Assembly (NCBI GenBank): GCA_034722435.1 | Contig: JAYENX010000015.1 | Location: 1 to 44,457, forward strand | Direction of reading: 5' to 3' | DNA length: 44,457 nucleotides | Origin: Nanobdellota archaeon | GTDB lineage: Archaea; Nanobdellota; Nanobdellia; Woesearchaeales; JAHWHD01 | Part shown: piece after piece, positions 20,582 to 30,352 of the stretch | Layout: the number at the start of each line of letters is the position of its first letter | Numbering within the stretch: position 1 is the first letter of the stretch | Notes under the pieces: model-generated | What the model saw: the letters and a program-made list of their open reading frames with translations, nothing else | The model's database searches: none | Told to the model about the DNA's origin: nothing | Position numbers and translations under genes: made by a program

Positions 20582-21085
20582 TTAACCATTTAATATAATT
20601 TCTTCTGCCTTGTTTATAAAGTTTAATACTTCTTTTTGATATGTATTAATTAATTCCTTTGTAAATTTAGTTTCAGTTGAATAGCTTGCATCATGCCTAT
20701 CTCCTTTTAAATTGGTGTATAATTCAGCATCTCTTTTGTTAATGGATAAATTATTTATTAATTCTATTTCTTGTTGAGATATTGAATATTCTTTTATTAA
20801 TAGAAGAATTGTTGCATAATGATTCTTACAAGCATATTCTTTTTTTGTTATTAGTGCTAATGCAGTATGATATAGTGCGTAGTATAGTGTTACAATAAGC
20901 CAATCATTATATTCTGTGTACTCCTTATTGAGCTTGAAGAAGCTTAAATTATGTTTTGCTTTCTTTATATGTGATGCAACCAGTTCTGGATTATTTGTTA
21001 TCTTCCTTATATGTTTCCTCGTTGTAAAAAAGTCTATTTCTTTATGTAAAAAGTTATTATCTAAAAATAGTTTATCAATATTCAT
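20582..21085 (-). CDS. HEPN domain protein
   Basis: YYALYHTALAL, KNH, RHDASY. Confidence 0.8.
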   Translation of the reverse strand: MNIDKLFLDNNFLHKEIDFFTTRKHIRKITNNPELVASHIKKAKHNLSFFKLNKEYTEYNDWLIVTLYYALYHTALALITKKEYACKNHYATILLLIKEYSISQQEIELINNLSINKRDAELYTNLKGDRHDASYSTETKFTKELINTYQKEVLNFINKAEEIILNG

Positions 21086-21647
21086 CCATTATAGCCTCGT
21101 AAAAGTTTTGTTCTTTGTATATTGGAAAACCAGTTTTTCTTGCTTGAATAATTATATCGTCCTTATTATCAAAGAATTGTTTTATCGAGCATTGAAATAT
21201 TGAAATAGGGTATTTTGACGTTACTTCAGCTTTTTTCTTTTGTATAGCAAAGTCATTTTTTGAGTTTGACACAATTAATAGGTCAATATCACTGTGCTTT
21301 TGTTCTCTTCTTTCGGATGCTGAACCAAAAAGTATAATAGAAAATATGGTGTTTGGAAGGTTTTCCATAAAATTTCTTAACGGGTTTTTTATTCCAATGT
21401 TTAGGTTATTAAATCTCTTTAATGCTAATTCAGAAAACTTTAATGCAAATGATTTTTTATTTTTGATACTGTAGAATGTGTTTGATTTTGTCTTCTCAAC
21501 TTTTAACATATTATTCTTTATTAATCCCTTTAATGTATTCTGTAAAGAGCTATTTGAAAGTTTCGTATATTCTTTTAGTTCATTAAAATATATTTTTTCT
21601 TGTTTTTTTTCTAAAAATGCTTTAAAAATCTTATATTCTGCTTTCAT
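21075..21647 (-). CDS. HTH plus minimal nucleotidyltransferase (MNT partner of HEPN)
   Basis: IILFGSAS...SDIDLLIV; overlaps the HEPN gene. Confidence 0.85.
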   Translation of the reverse strand: MKAEYKIFKAFLEKKQEKIYFNELKEYTKLSNSSLQNTLKGLIKNNMLKVEKTKSNTFYSIKNKKSFALKFSELALKRFNNLNIGIKNPLRNFMENLPNTIFSIILFGSASERREQKHSDIDLLIVSNSKNDFAIQKKKAEVTSKYPISIFQCSIKQFFDNKDDIIIQARKTGFPIYKEQNFYEAIMDEY

Positions 21648-21780
21648 GTTTATGTGTTTATAGTACTAGTTTATATATCTTGCCATAAATTGGTATAACC
21701 ACACCAGAATGTGGCAAGGGCGTACAAGAACAGATTTTTTCATTGAATAGTTTTTTCTAATTTTGAGTTATTCAGCAATT

Positions 21781-23124
21781 TCATTTCTTATCAATATACT
21801 TCCCATACTCCTGCTTCAGCTCAGGATGAGAATAATCAGGTTTTTTATGATCGTACTTAGAAGGATCTTTCTTGTAAAAACTATTACCTAAAGCCTGTAC
21901 GAACCTTGACTGTAACTGCCTATTTGCCATCAACCATTTCGCTGGAGGTAGTTTAAAAATAATCTTCAATACTGCTCTCAAAATACCATAACCCCATAAA
22001 TGATGATTATCAAATATTAAGTTTTGTAACGTACACGAATCAATCGCTTCTAAAACGTGTCGCTCTAAAGAATCTTTAGGTACAAAATTAGTTTCTTTTC
22101 TTCTTTCAAGTGTTAATGATTTTGTAGGACAGAACCTGGTACATACACCGCAACCAATACATCTATCAGGATCGATAACTGCATACTTTTTACCTTCATT
22201 TTCAACAATTTTCATAGCATCTACTGGACACTTTTGTACACAAACAGAACAACCTGTACACTTAGGTTCATCATTTACAGCTAACCAGTTAGTATGTATT
22301 CTTGAATTATAACCTAACTTACGATATGCTATCAGCGCTTCACAACAACATCCGCAACAGTTACACATCCAACTAACACTGTCCTGCATGTTACTTCCTA
22401 TCTGTACAAGCCCTTCATCACGAGAATCTTTTACAATTTTCATACATTCTTCTTTAGAAATTTCTCTATATATTTTATGCTTAACCATGGACCTCGCAAC
22501 ATCATTAAATGCAAGACATACATCCATTGAATGGCCACAACTTTTACCCAGATGTTCCATCTTATGCCTACAATAACATATCCCAACTGCCCAGTAATCA
22601 GATTTCTCAACTACCTCTGTTGCACGTTCATAACTCATAACAATATCTTCATCTTTCTTTTGAATTGTATCTTCGTGCACGAACACTCTATCGATTGGCG
22701 GGTTTAACGCAAAAACTCGTTTACCGAACTCGTCTTCAACATTAAGGTATTGATAGTATAATTCTGATAACAACTGTTTATTGAACTTCTCACCTATCTT
22801 CATGATTGACCATTCAAAGAATCCCGCCATTGTAGGTGAAACTGCATACACTTTTTTATCGCCTTTAGAAAAATCAACTAATAACCCTTTATCCGCAAGA
22901 CCGTTAAGATGTCCTTCAGCTTCTTCTTCAGACATTTTCCAAATCTTTGCTGCTTTTTCAAGAGTAAAATAATTAATAGGTAACTTCGAAACCAGCCCGG
23001 CCTCTTTCTCAGTAAACAGATGTTCCAAGATTTTAAACAAAGTATCCGATTTAGGAGCTCCTTGCGGCGCTCTATCAAGCCTAGACTGTAATCTTAAATA
23101 ATTTTTAGATGTTAAATGTCCCAT
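21781..23124 (-). CDS. 4Fe-4S dicluster domain protein
   Basis: CTGCSVCVQKC and CIGCGVCTRFC plus a CNCCGCCC cluster. Confidence 0.85.
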   Translation of the reverse strand: MGHLTSKNYLRLQSRLDRAPQGAPKSDTLFKILEHLFTEKEAGLVSKLPINYFTLEKAAKIWKMSEEEAEGHLNGLADKGLLVDFSKGDKKVYAVSPTMAGFFEWSIMKIGEKFNKQLLSELYYQYLNVEDEFGKRVFALNPPIDRVFVHEDTIQKKDEDIVMSYERATEVVEKSDYWAVGICYCRHKMEHLGKSCGHSMDVCLAFNDVARSMVKHKIYREISKEECMKIVKDSRDEGLVQIGSNMQDSVSWMCNCCGCCCEALIAYRKLGYNSRIHTNWLAVNDEPKCTGCSVCVQKCPVDAMKIVENEGKKYAVIDPDRCIGCGVCTRFCPTKSLTLERRKETNFVPKDSLERHVLEAIDSCTLQNLIFDNHHLWGYGILRAVLKIIFKLPPAKWLMANRQLQSRFVQALGNSFYKKDPSKYDHKKPDYSHPELKQEYGKYIDKK

Positions 23125-23172
23125 AAGTCAAGATATTTAATGACCATTTATAAGTGTTATGTAAAACCTCAT

Positions 23173-23346
23173 TTATTTAGGTGTCTTTTTTAAAAGAACA
23201 AACAACATTATTACACTCGCTATAACCCCTGAAGAGGTTCCTATTAATAAAGATAAATTTGAATCTTTCCCTAATAATTCAATCATTAAAATAGTTACTA
23301 CAAGAAAAACAAAGAACACTATAATTGGAACTATAACTTTTCGCAT
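23173..23346 (-). CDS. Small two-TM membrane protein (57 aa)
   Basis: MRKVIVPIIVFFVFLVVTILMIELLGKDSNLSLLIGTSSGVIASVIMLFVLLKKTPK. Confidence 0.5.
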   Translation of the reverse strand: MRKVIVPIIVFFVFLVVTILMIELLGKDSNLSLLIGTSSGVIASVIMLFVLLKKTPK

Positions 23347-23421
23347 ATTAGCAATTTAAATTAACTGAATATATAAGGATTTTGCAAAGAAATTTAAACC
23401 CCATACCTAAAAACAATCCCT

Positions 23422-23841
23422 ATGAACATCCAATTCAATCCTGACGGAAGTATCAAACTCCCTGAACAGTTCGCAAAAAGAAAGCAAGACCTTACCAATA
23501 AAATGAATAATGCACGTTGCATTGTCATCGATAGAGAGATTGTAAGTACCTATTCACCTAAACAGTGCAGACTATCAATCAAAACTTCTAAACATGTTAA
23601 TCAAGGATTTATAGAAAACGTTTACAAATATTTCACTGCTCAAACACCTATGAAACTTAAACAAATATCTGAAACTGAGTTCCATGTTGAAATAGGTACA
23701 GATTTCAGACGATGTTCTGATTGTACAGCATTAATCTCCAGACTAAGAAACGCACTCAACGGCCACATCATAGTTAACCAAGGTACATGCACATTTAAAC
23801 AAAAACAAAGAGAATTCTGCTTTGAAGATTATTTTGATTGA
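23422..23841 (+). CDS. Hypothetical protein with Cys motifs
   Basis: ORF track. Confidence 0.55.
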   Translation: MNIQFNPDGSIKLPEQFAKRKQDLTNKMNNARCIVIDREIVSTYSPKQCRLSIKTSKHVNQGFIENVYKYFTAQTPMKLKQISETEFHVEIGTDFRRCSDCTALISRLRNALNGHIIVNQGTCTFKQKQREFCFEDYFD

Positions 23842-23916
23842 AAGTCACTGGACACTAGACAGATGCGAATAAAATTTATATAATTATTAAATCTAAGAAT
23901 ATATAAGTGGTCTAAA

Positions 23917-24150
23917 ATATTAAAAAATAACAAATTAATTGTATTCCAAAACAAAAAGATTAGAAGAGTTTGGCATGATGATGAATGGTAGTTCGTAATA
24001 GTAGATATAGTTTCAGTGCTTACAGATTCTAAAAGTCCCAAAGGTTATATTAAAGATATGCGTCGTCGTAATGAAGAACTATCAAAGAGACGGGGGTAAA
24101 TTGCAACCTCCCTTAAAATTTCAACCAAAGAGGGTAAACAAAAAAGTTAA
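23917..24150 (+). pseudogene. Bro-N domain pseudogene
   Basis: NKLIVFQNKKIRRVWHDDEW*FVIVDIVSVLTDSKSPKGYIKDMRRRNEEL...G*IATSLKISTKEGKQK; two in-frame stops, no ATG. Confidence 0.7.
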
Positions 24151-24165
24151 AAAAATAAAATAATT

Positions 24166-25257
24166 TCACTTTCTTTCAGGATATAATTCCAGAATAGATT
24201 CTTCTGTAGCTTTGCAAATACCTCGTTCCGTGATTAAACCAGTAATTAAACGTGCAGGAGTTACATCAAACCCAAAATTTACTGCAGGTGAACTTTCCGG
24301 AGTTAGTAAAACCTTTTTAAGACTACCATCATGCAAACCTTGTATCAACCTAACCTCATCCCCACTTCTTTCTTCTATAGGAATTTCTTTTACACCATCC
24401 TTTAAATTCCAATCAAATGAAGACGAAGGTAAAGCAACATAGAATGGTACATTATTATCAAAAGCAGCAAGTGCCTTCAAGTAAGTTCCAATTTTATTAG
24501 CCACGTCACCAGTCCTTGTTGTCCTATCAGTACCTGTAATAGCCATATCAACCATACCGTGTTGCATAAGATGACCACCAACATTATCAGCTATAACAGT
24601 ATGTGGCACTTTATGCTGACCTAACTCCCATGCAGTTAACCTAGCACCTTGATTACGCGGTCTAGTCTCATCCACATAAACGTGAACTTTAATACCCTTC
24701 TCATGTGCAGCATATATAGGGGCTGTTGCAGAACCATAATCAACGAACGCTAACCAACCTGCATTACAATGTGTTAATATGTTAACAATTTCACCATTCT
24801 TTTTATGAGATATCTCTTCAATAATTTTTGATCCATTCAATCCTAAAACTCTACAATAATTTGCATCTTCATTTGCAATCCCGGTAGCAACAGATAAAGA
24901 ACCTTCAACTCGGTCTTCTAAGGGGAGACATTCTAACGCTCCTAACTGCCTATCCACAGCCCATGCAAGATTAACAGCAGTAGGTCTAGACTCTTTTAAA
25001 TATTCGCCAGCTTTCTTTAAACCTTCATCAGAACTATCAGTTAAGGTAGCTAAATACATTCCATATCCCGCAGCAGCACCTATTAATCCTGCACCACGCA
25101 AATGCATTTCACGTATAGCAGTATACATTTCATTAACAGTTTTTATATCTTCAATTACAAATTTATGAGGCAACCATCTCTGGTCAATAATCTTTACAAT
25201 TTTATTATCTTCAGCATCATGCCATATAGTTTTATAATGTTTACCATCAACATTCAT
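24166..25257 (-). CDS. mtnA: S-methyl-5-thioribose-1-phosphate isomerase (eIF2B-like family)
   Basis: IDQRWLP, LRGAGLIG, SRPTAVNL, LTHCNAGWLA, DETRPRNQGARLT, NKIGTY, NFGFDVTP. Confidence 0.85.
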   Translation of the reverse strand: MNVDGKHYKTIWHDAEDNKIVKIIDQRWLPHKFVIEDIKTVNEMYTAIREMHLRGAGLIGAAAGYGMYLATLTDSSDEGLKKAGEYLKESRPTAVNLAWAVDRQLGALECLPLEDRVEGSLSVATGIANEDANYCRVLGLNGSKIIEEISHKKNGEIVNILTHCNAGWLAFVDYGSATAPIYAAHEKGIKVHVYVDETRPRNQGARLTAWELGQHKVPHTVIADNVGGHLMQHGMVDMAITGTDRTTRTGDVANKIGTYLKALAAFDNNVPFYVALPSSSFDWNLKDGVKEIPIEERSGDEVRLIQGLHDGSLKKVLLTPESSPAVNFGFDVTPARLITGLITERGICKATEESILELYPERK

Positions 25258-25359
25258 ATTATCACCAACAACTAGAACTAAGATTTAATTAATAAGTATT
25301 TATATACTCAAATATACAGCAATAGCAACCTTTATAAAGCCCTCCTTTCTCCAGTTCAG

Positions 25360-25438
25360 TATAAGACCAAATTTACGCTGAGGCTGTATGCTTAATTTTT
25401 TGGTCAATAAACTAAACAGTCCTCGGGAGGTATAAACA
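25360..25438 (+). promoter_or_regulatory. Structured 5' leader of rps6e (possible pseudoknot)
   Basis: TTTATAAA 25331-25338; GACCAAA 25365/TTTGGTC 25399; CTGAGGCTGT 25378 pairs with ACAGTCCTCGG 25416, abutting SD GGGAGG. Confidence 0.5.
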
Positions 25439-25879
25439 ATGGAATTCAAAATAGTAATATCAGACACAAAAACTGGTAAATCTGTTCAAAGAACTGTTAC
25501 CGAACAGAATGCAAAATTTTTCTCAGGAAAAAAAATAGGCGAGAAATTTAAAGGAGAATCAATCGATTTACAAGGTTACGAATTCGAAATATCTGGCGGA
25601 TCAGATTTCGCAGGTTTTCCAATGCGTAAAGGTATTCCTGGCCCTGTAAGAAAAAGAATCTTAACAGGTAAAGGCGTAGGATTTAACCCTCACGGTAAAA
25701 AATCTCATCGTTATAAGAAAGGACTAAGAAAAAGAAGAACAGTCTGCGGTGACACGATTCATGAAAAGATTACTCAAGTAAATCTTAAAATCATCACACA
25801 AGGTACAGAAAATCTTTTCGAAGAAAAGAAAGAAGAACCTGCAGAAGGTGAAGCTCCTAAAGAGGAAGCTAAAAAATGA
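25439..25879 (+). CDS. rps6e: 30S ribosomal protein S6e
   Basis: FKIVISD, IGEKFKG, GYEFEISGGSDFAGFPMR, RRTVCG. Confidence 0.95.
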   Translation: MEFKIVISDTKTGKSVQRTVTEQNAKFFSGKKIGEKFKGESIDLQGYEFEISGGSDFAGFPMRKGIPGPVRKRILTGKGVGFNPHGKKSHRYKKGLRKRRTVCGDTIHEKITQVNLKIITQGTENLFEEKKEEPAEGEAPKEEAKK

Positions 25880-25983
25880 ATGTTGTTGAATATATCAAGA
25901 ACCTTCCTAAACAAGAACTAATCGCTTATTCAGCTATAGGTTTAGGAGCTATCTTGATTATTATCGCACTTTTACTTTGGTAA
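25876..25983 (+). CDS. Small single-TM protein (35 aa)
   Basis: MNVVEYIKNLPKQELIAYSAIGLGAILIIIALLLW; ATGA overlap with the rps6e stop, fills the gap to aIF2gamma. Confidence 0.6.
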   Translation: MNVVEYIKNLPKQELIAYSAIGLGAILIIIALLLW

Positions 25984-25986
25984 ATA

Positions 25987-27240
25987 ATGGCTAAAACAAA
26001 AAAAACAGACGCTGTACAACCTGAAATCAATATAGGTTTAGTTGGTCATGTAGATCATGGCAAGACTACACTGACAGAAAAACTTTCAGGAAAATGGACA
26101 GATACACATTCTGAAGAAATTAAGAGAGGTATCACAATACGTCTTGGTTATGCAGATTCTGTGTTCAGAAAATGCAAAAAATGTCGCGGATCATCAGCTT
26201 ACACTGTCCATGAAAAATGTAAAAAGTGTGAAGGCGAAACAAAAGTAATTAGAAAGGTTAGCTTTGTAGACGCTCCGGGTCACGAAAGTTTAATGGCAAC
26301 CATGCTCGCAGGAGCCACCATAATTGACGGCGCTCTTTTACTAATCTCTGCTGACGAAAGATGTCCTCAACCGCAAACAAGAGAACATTTAATGGCCCTG
26401 GAAATTTCAGGTATAACAAACGTTATCATTGTCCAGAATAAAATTGACGCTGTTCCTGAAGAACAAGCTTTGAAAAATTATGAACAGATTAAAGAATTCT
26501 TAAAAAATACACCATACAAAGACGCACCTATCATTCCTATCTCAGCAAGACTAGGTGTAAACATAGACCTATTAATTGAAACTATTGAAAAATTTATTCC
26601 TACACCAAAACGAGACCCTAAAGCTGACCCCGTCATGCTAGTAGCAAGATCATTCGATATCAACAAACCAGGTATAACCCCTGATAAATTAATCGGAGGA
26701 GTACTGGGAGGTTCTCTCAAACAAGGAATTTTTAAAGTTGGTCAGGAGATAGAAATCAAACCAGGTTACAAAGTAATTGAAAAAAATCAAGCAATATGGA
26801 AACCTTTGAAAACTAAAATTACTGATCTAAAAACTGGCGGTCTCTCAACTAAAGAAGTTGGACCAGGAGGATCAATTGGAATCCTTACATCATTAGACCC
26901 TTCAATTGTTAAATCAGACCAACTTACAGGGTCACTAGTTGGAATTCCAGGGAAACTACCTAAAGTATGGTACAAATTAAGCCTAGAAATTCACCTTCTT
27001 GAAAGAGTCGTTGGCGCAAAACAAGACATCGAAGTTGAATCTATTAAAATGTCAGAAGCACTCATGCTTAACACTAACTCAGCAGCTACTGTTGGAATTA
27101 TAACTAATCTTCAAAAGAATACTGTAGATTGTACTCTTAAACTTCCAGTATGTGCAGAGCCAGGTTCAAGAGTAACAATTTCTAGAAGACTAGGTAACCG
27201 TTTTAGACTTATAGGTTATGGTATAATAAAAGAAAAATAA
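25987..27240 (+). CDS. eif2g: Translation initiation factor aIF2 gamma subunit
   Basis: GHVDHGKT, RGITIRLGY, Zn ribbon, DAPGHE, QPQTREH, NKID, RFRLIGYG. Confidence 0.97.
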   Translation: MAKTKKTDAVQPEINIGLVGHVDHGKTTLTEKLSGKWTDTHSEEIKRGITIRLGYADSVFRKCKKCRGSSAYTVHEKCKKCEGETKVIRKVSFVDAPGHESLMATMLAGATIIDGALLLISADERCPQPQTREHLMALEISGITNVIIVQNKIDAVPEEQALKNYEQIKEFLKNTPYKDAPIIPISARLGVNIDLLIETIEKFIPTPKRDPKADPVMLVARSFDINKPGITPDKLIGGVLGGSLKQGIFKVGQEIEIKPGYKVIEKNQAIWKPLKTKITDLKTGGLSTKEVGPGGSIGILTSLDPSIVKSDQLTGSLVGIPGKLPKVWYKLSLEIHLLERVVGAKQDIEVESIKMSEALMLNTNSAATVGIITNLQKNTVDCTLKLPVCAEPGSRVTISRRLGNRFRLIGYGIIKEK

Positions 27241-27251
27241 GGCAAACAAAC

Positions 27252-27956
27252 ATGCAAGATTACCCTGACGCAATTTGTGTTTTCGCAATGGATGGAGAGG
27301 TAGACAATGTTAATAAAGAATTCTGTAAACTATTTGAAACTGACTCAGAAAATGTTATAGGAAAAAAGCCAGAATCTATTGTCAGTTGGATATCTAAACA
27401 CCGTAACAAACTTTCTGAACATGCAAGTGTTAAATTTCATGAACAAGTGATAAAAAGCGACGGCACTATAAAATATATTCAATGGATACTTAAACTTGTA
27501 AACCAAACAAATAAAAGTCTTAAATGTATAGCTATAGGCAGAGATATCACTGAACTTAAAGAATCAGAAGAAAACCTCAACAACCAGCTTAACATCTACA
27601 AGACTATGGTTGAAAGTGCCACTCATCCTATATTCATTCTTAATGGTAAAGGCGTTATCATTGCAGCTAATAAAGCACACCAAAAAGTTAGCGGTTATAA
27701 AAACGAAGAATTAGTAGGTAAACATTTTACAAAATTACCTTGTTTTAGTAAAGATAATCACAACAATTACACCGAACTATTTAAAAAGATTTTAAAAGAC
27801 GACTTCACAAACCCCATTGAAATCATAGGCAAACGTAAAGATGGCATCGTATATAAAACCCAAATAAGTGTTAATGTATCTTACAAAAACTTAAGAGTTT
27901 CAGGCGTCACATGCATTGTCCTAAAATCTGAAAAATATGAAGAAGATTCTCCATGA
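27252..27956 (+). CDS. Stand-alone tandem PAS domain protein
   Basis: Two PAS S-box units (PDAICVF..G...NVN; HPIFIL..KG.I..AN.A..K.SGY...ELVG; RKDG); no output domain. Confidence 0.75.
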   Translation: MQDYPDAICVFAMDGEVDNVNKEFCKLFETDSENVIGKKPESIVSWISKHRNKLSEHASVKFHEQVIKSDGTIKYIQWILKLVNQTNKSLKCIAIGRDITELKESEENLNNQLNIYKTMVESATHPIFILNGKGVIIAANKAHQKVSGYKNEELVGKHFTKLPCFSKDNHNNYTELFKKILKDDFTNPIEIIGKRKDGIVYKTQISVNVSYKNLRVSGVTCIVLKSEKYEEDSP

Positions 27957-28183
27957 AAAAATTAACAAATGAAGAAATAAATTCGCTTAATAATTTAAAT
28001 TCTAAACTTATCAAATATAAAAAACAAATATCAAAATTAACTAAAGAAGAACTTCAAAACGAACTAGAAAAACTTAACAATTATCTTAAAGGTTGCAGAA
28101 ATAGCGAGATTGACGATACTTTAACAAATATAAGATTTATTGAAGAAAAAATTAACGTTCTTAAAAATATAATTCACTATTAA
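27953..28183 (+). CDS. Hypothetical coiled-coil protein
   Basis: ORF track; ATGA-type overlap with the PAS gene. Confidence 0.45.
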   Translation: MKKLTNEEINSLNNLNSKLIKYKKQISKLTKEELQNELEKLNNYLKGCRNSEIDDTLTNIRFIEEKINVLKNIIHY

Positions 28184-28189
28184 TCTATT

Positions 28190-29371
28190 TCATTTTTTTT
28201 TATTCTTGCCTAATACATAAACTTTCAATGGCGGAAAACCGTTAAATCCAACAGAACTAACCTGATAAGTATAAGCGCCAGTAGTCATAAAATATATTTT
28301 AGAACCTTCTTTTATCTTTGATGGAAGCGAATACTTTTTCTTCTCATATAACACATCATGACTATCACAAGTCGGTCCAGCAATAACAAATTTAGTTTTA
28401 CGTAACGATTTTTCGCTAGTTTCCATTTGAAACTCTAACGATTCATCAACACACTCATCAAGACCTTGATACAATCCAGCATCAAGATAAAGCCATTTAT
28501 ATGGGAGAGACTCTGACTTTTTTGAAACAAGTATAACTTCTGTAACCAATATTCCTGCTGAACCAACCATATATCTCCCAGGTTCAATAAATATACGAGG
28601 TAAATTTTTACCAAAATGAGTTTTTAAATAAGATTTTATTTTTCTACAATAATATTTTAATTTTGGAGTAGGTACCAAATATTGTGAAGGAAGTCCACCG
28701 CCTAAATTAATTACTTGGAGAGAAATATCTACCTTTTTTAAAGCATCAAAAACATATTTACACTGAGATAATGCAGAGTCCCATTGACCTACATCACGTT
28801 GCTGCGAACCTACATGAAACGACAAACCATAAGGATTCAAACCTAGCTTTTTAGCTTCTTTTGCAAGATGAATCACCGTTTCCGGATGAGCTCCGAACTT
28901 TTTTGAAAGTTCCCAATCAGCCCCGATCCCGTCAACTAATAAACGAAAAAATACATTCGACTTTGGTGCGTTGATAGCAATCTTTCTCAGATCAGATATG
29001 GAATCAGTAACAAAAATTCTAACCCCTTTTCGATAAAAATAAGCAATATCTTTAGATTTCTTAATAGTATTACCAAAACTTATTTTACTTACTGAAACAC
29101 CCATCTTTAGAAGATCTTTAAATTCATATATTGTGGCAACGTCAAAATTTGAACCAGTTTTATTAAGTAAAGAAATTACACGCGAATGAGGGTTAGCTTT
29201 AACTGCATAATAAATTGTTGCAAAAGGCATCTCTTTATGCAAATCAGAATAATTTTTAGCAACCTCATTTAAACTTAACACTAAAAAAGGAGTTTGTTTA
29301 CCCTTTGAAAAGCGTTTAACTTCTTTCAAAAAATAATTATTTTTTATCGTCATCTTTCTCTTTTTATTCAC
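28190..29371 (-). CDS. Fold-type III PLP ornithine/lysine decarboxylase
   Basis: YAVKAN, FDVAT, SFHVGSQ, NLGGG, EPGRY, GPTCDSHD, GAYT. Confidence 0.9.
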   Translation of the reverse strand: MNKKRKMTIKNNYFLKEVKRFSKGKQTPFLVLSLNEVAKNYSDLHKEMPFATIYYAVKANPHSRVISLLNKTGSNFDVATIYEFKDLLKMGVSVSKISFGNTIKKSKDIAYFYRKGVRIFVTDSISDLRKIAINAPKSNVFFRLLVDGIGADWELSKKFGAHPETVIHLAKEAKKLGLNPYGLSFHVGSQQRDVGQWDSALSQCKYVFDALKKVDISLQVINLGGGLPSQYLVPTPKLKYYCRKIKSYLKTHFGKNLPRIFIEPGRYMVGSAGILVTEVILVSKKSESLPYKWLYLDAGLYQGLDECVDESLEFQMETSEKSLRKTKFVIAGPTCDSHDVLYEKKKYSLPSKIKEGSKIYFMTTGAYTYQVSSVGFNGFPPLKVYVLGKNKKK

Positions 29372-29621
29372 TCAATATCCCTAAATAAATTAAATAGGTT
29401 ATAGTATATAAATGTTTATTTTAAAGAATGTGATAAAATAATAATCTTACTTTAGAAATGTGTTTATGCGTAGCAAATTAAATGTATGAGAGACTAAGAA
29501 TCCAATATTTCTAAAAAAAATAACTTAAAGTTTTTTAAATTTAACATACACAATTATACATTTTTTTTACTATAAGAAATCAAGAAATAAAACAAAACAA
29601 TAACATCACTCAAAAAATTAA

Positions 29622-30197
29622 TTAATAATATTCCATAATATCTCTAACTTTCTTTGAAATCTGATTATCCACATCATATAATTTATCTAATAAAGATAAA
29701 CAAGCATCAATTCCTGCCGTAATTCCTGCTGAAGAAATAATTTTTCCGTCTTCAATATATTTAACATTTTCACATACTTGTATTTTTGAATATGCCTTCA
29801 ACAAATCTATTGCCCCTTTGTGAGTTGTAGATTTTCTATTATCAAGTAACCCTGCTTCGGCTAATAAAAGAGATCCGGTACAAACAGATAAAAAATATTG
29901 TGCATTTTGATAATGCTCATGTAAAAATTTAATTGTACTTAAATTGTATCTTTCTCGTCTACTTGAAGGACCACCAGGAATAACTAAAACATCTAATGAA
30001 GGAGAAGTCACATAACTAAAATCAGGTATAACCCTGGTACCATTTCCACAAACAACTTCTTGCAAAGATTCTGAAATTCTAGAAATATCATTAGAACTAT
30101 CAGAATTTAAAAAGAGATTAGCAATAGATAAAACTTCAAGTGGACCTACAAAATCAAGTTCTTCAACACCATTATAAATTAATATTCCAATATTCAT
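29622..30197 (-). CDS. DJ-1/PfpI family protein
   Basis: GVEELDFVGP, LVIPGG, SVCTGS, SSAGITAGID. Confidence 0.9.
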   Translation of the reverse strand: MNIGILIYNGVEELDFVGPLEVLSIANLFLNSDSSNDISRISESLQEVVCGNGTRVIPDFSYVTSPSLDVLVIPGGPSSRRERYNLSTIKFLHEHYQNAQYFLSVCTGSLLLAEAGLLDNRKSTTHKGAIDLLKAYSKIQVCENVKYIEDGKIISSAGITAGIDACLSLLDKLYDVDNQISKKVRDIMEYY

Positions 30198-30352
30198 AAT
30201 CTAAATACGAATATCATCATCTTTAAAAGTTACTTTTACATTATCGTAAATTTTTCGAGTAATATTGCGTATAACATCACGGTTATTTAACGAGGCAGAA
30301 GGAGAAATCAAACCCCACAATATTTAAATACTTAAAATTAATTCTTGATTAT

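Noticed and set aside
20520-21730. MNT-HEPN pair as an outlying cassette (GGTATAAC at 21692; GTTAACC at 20581)
   Set aside because: Cores are only partly complementary, there is no ATC bulge or tail block, and no clear clamp.
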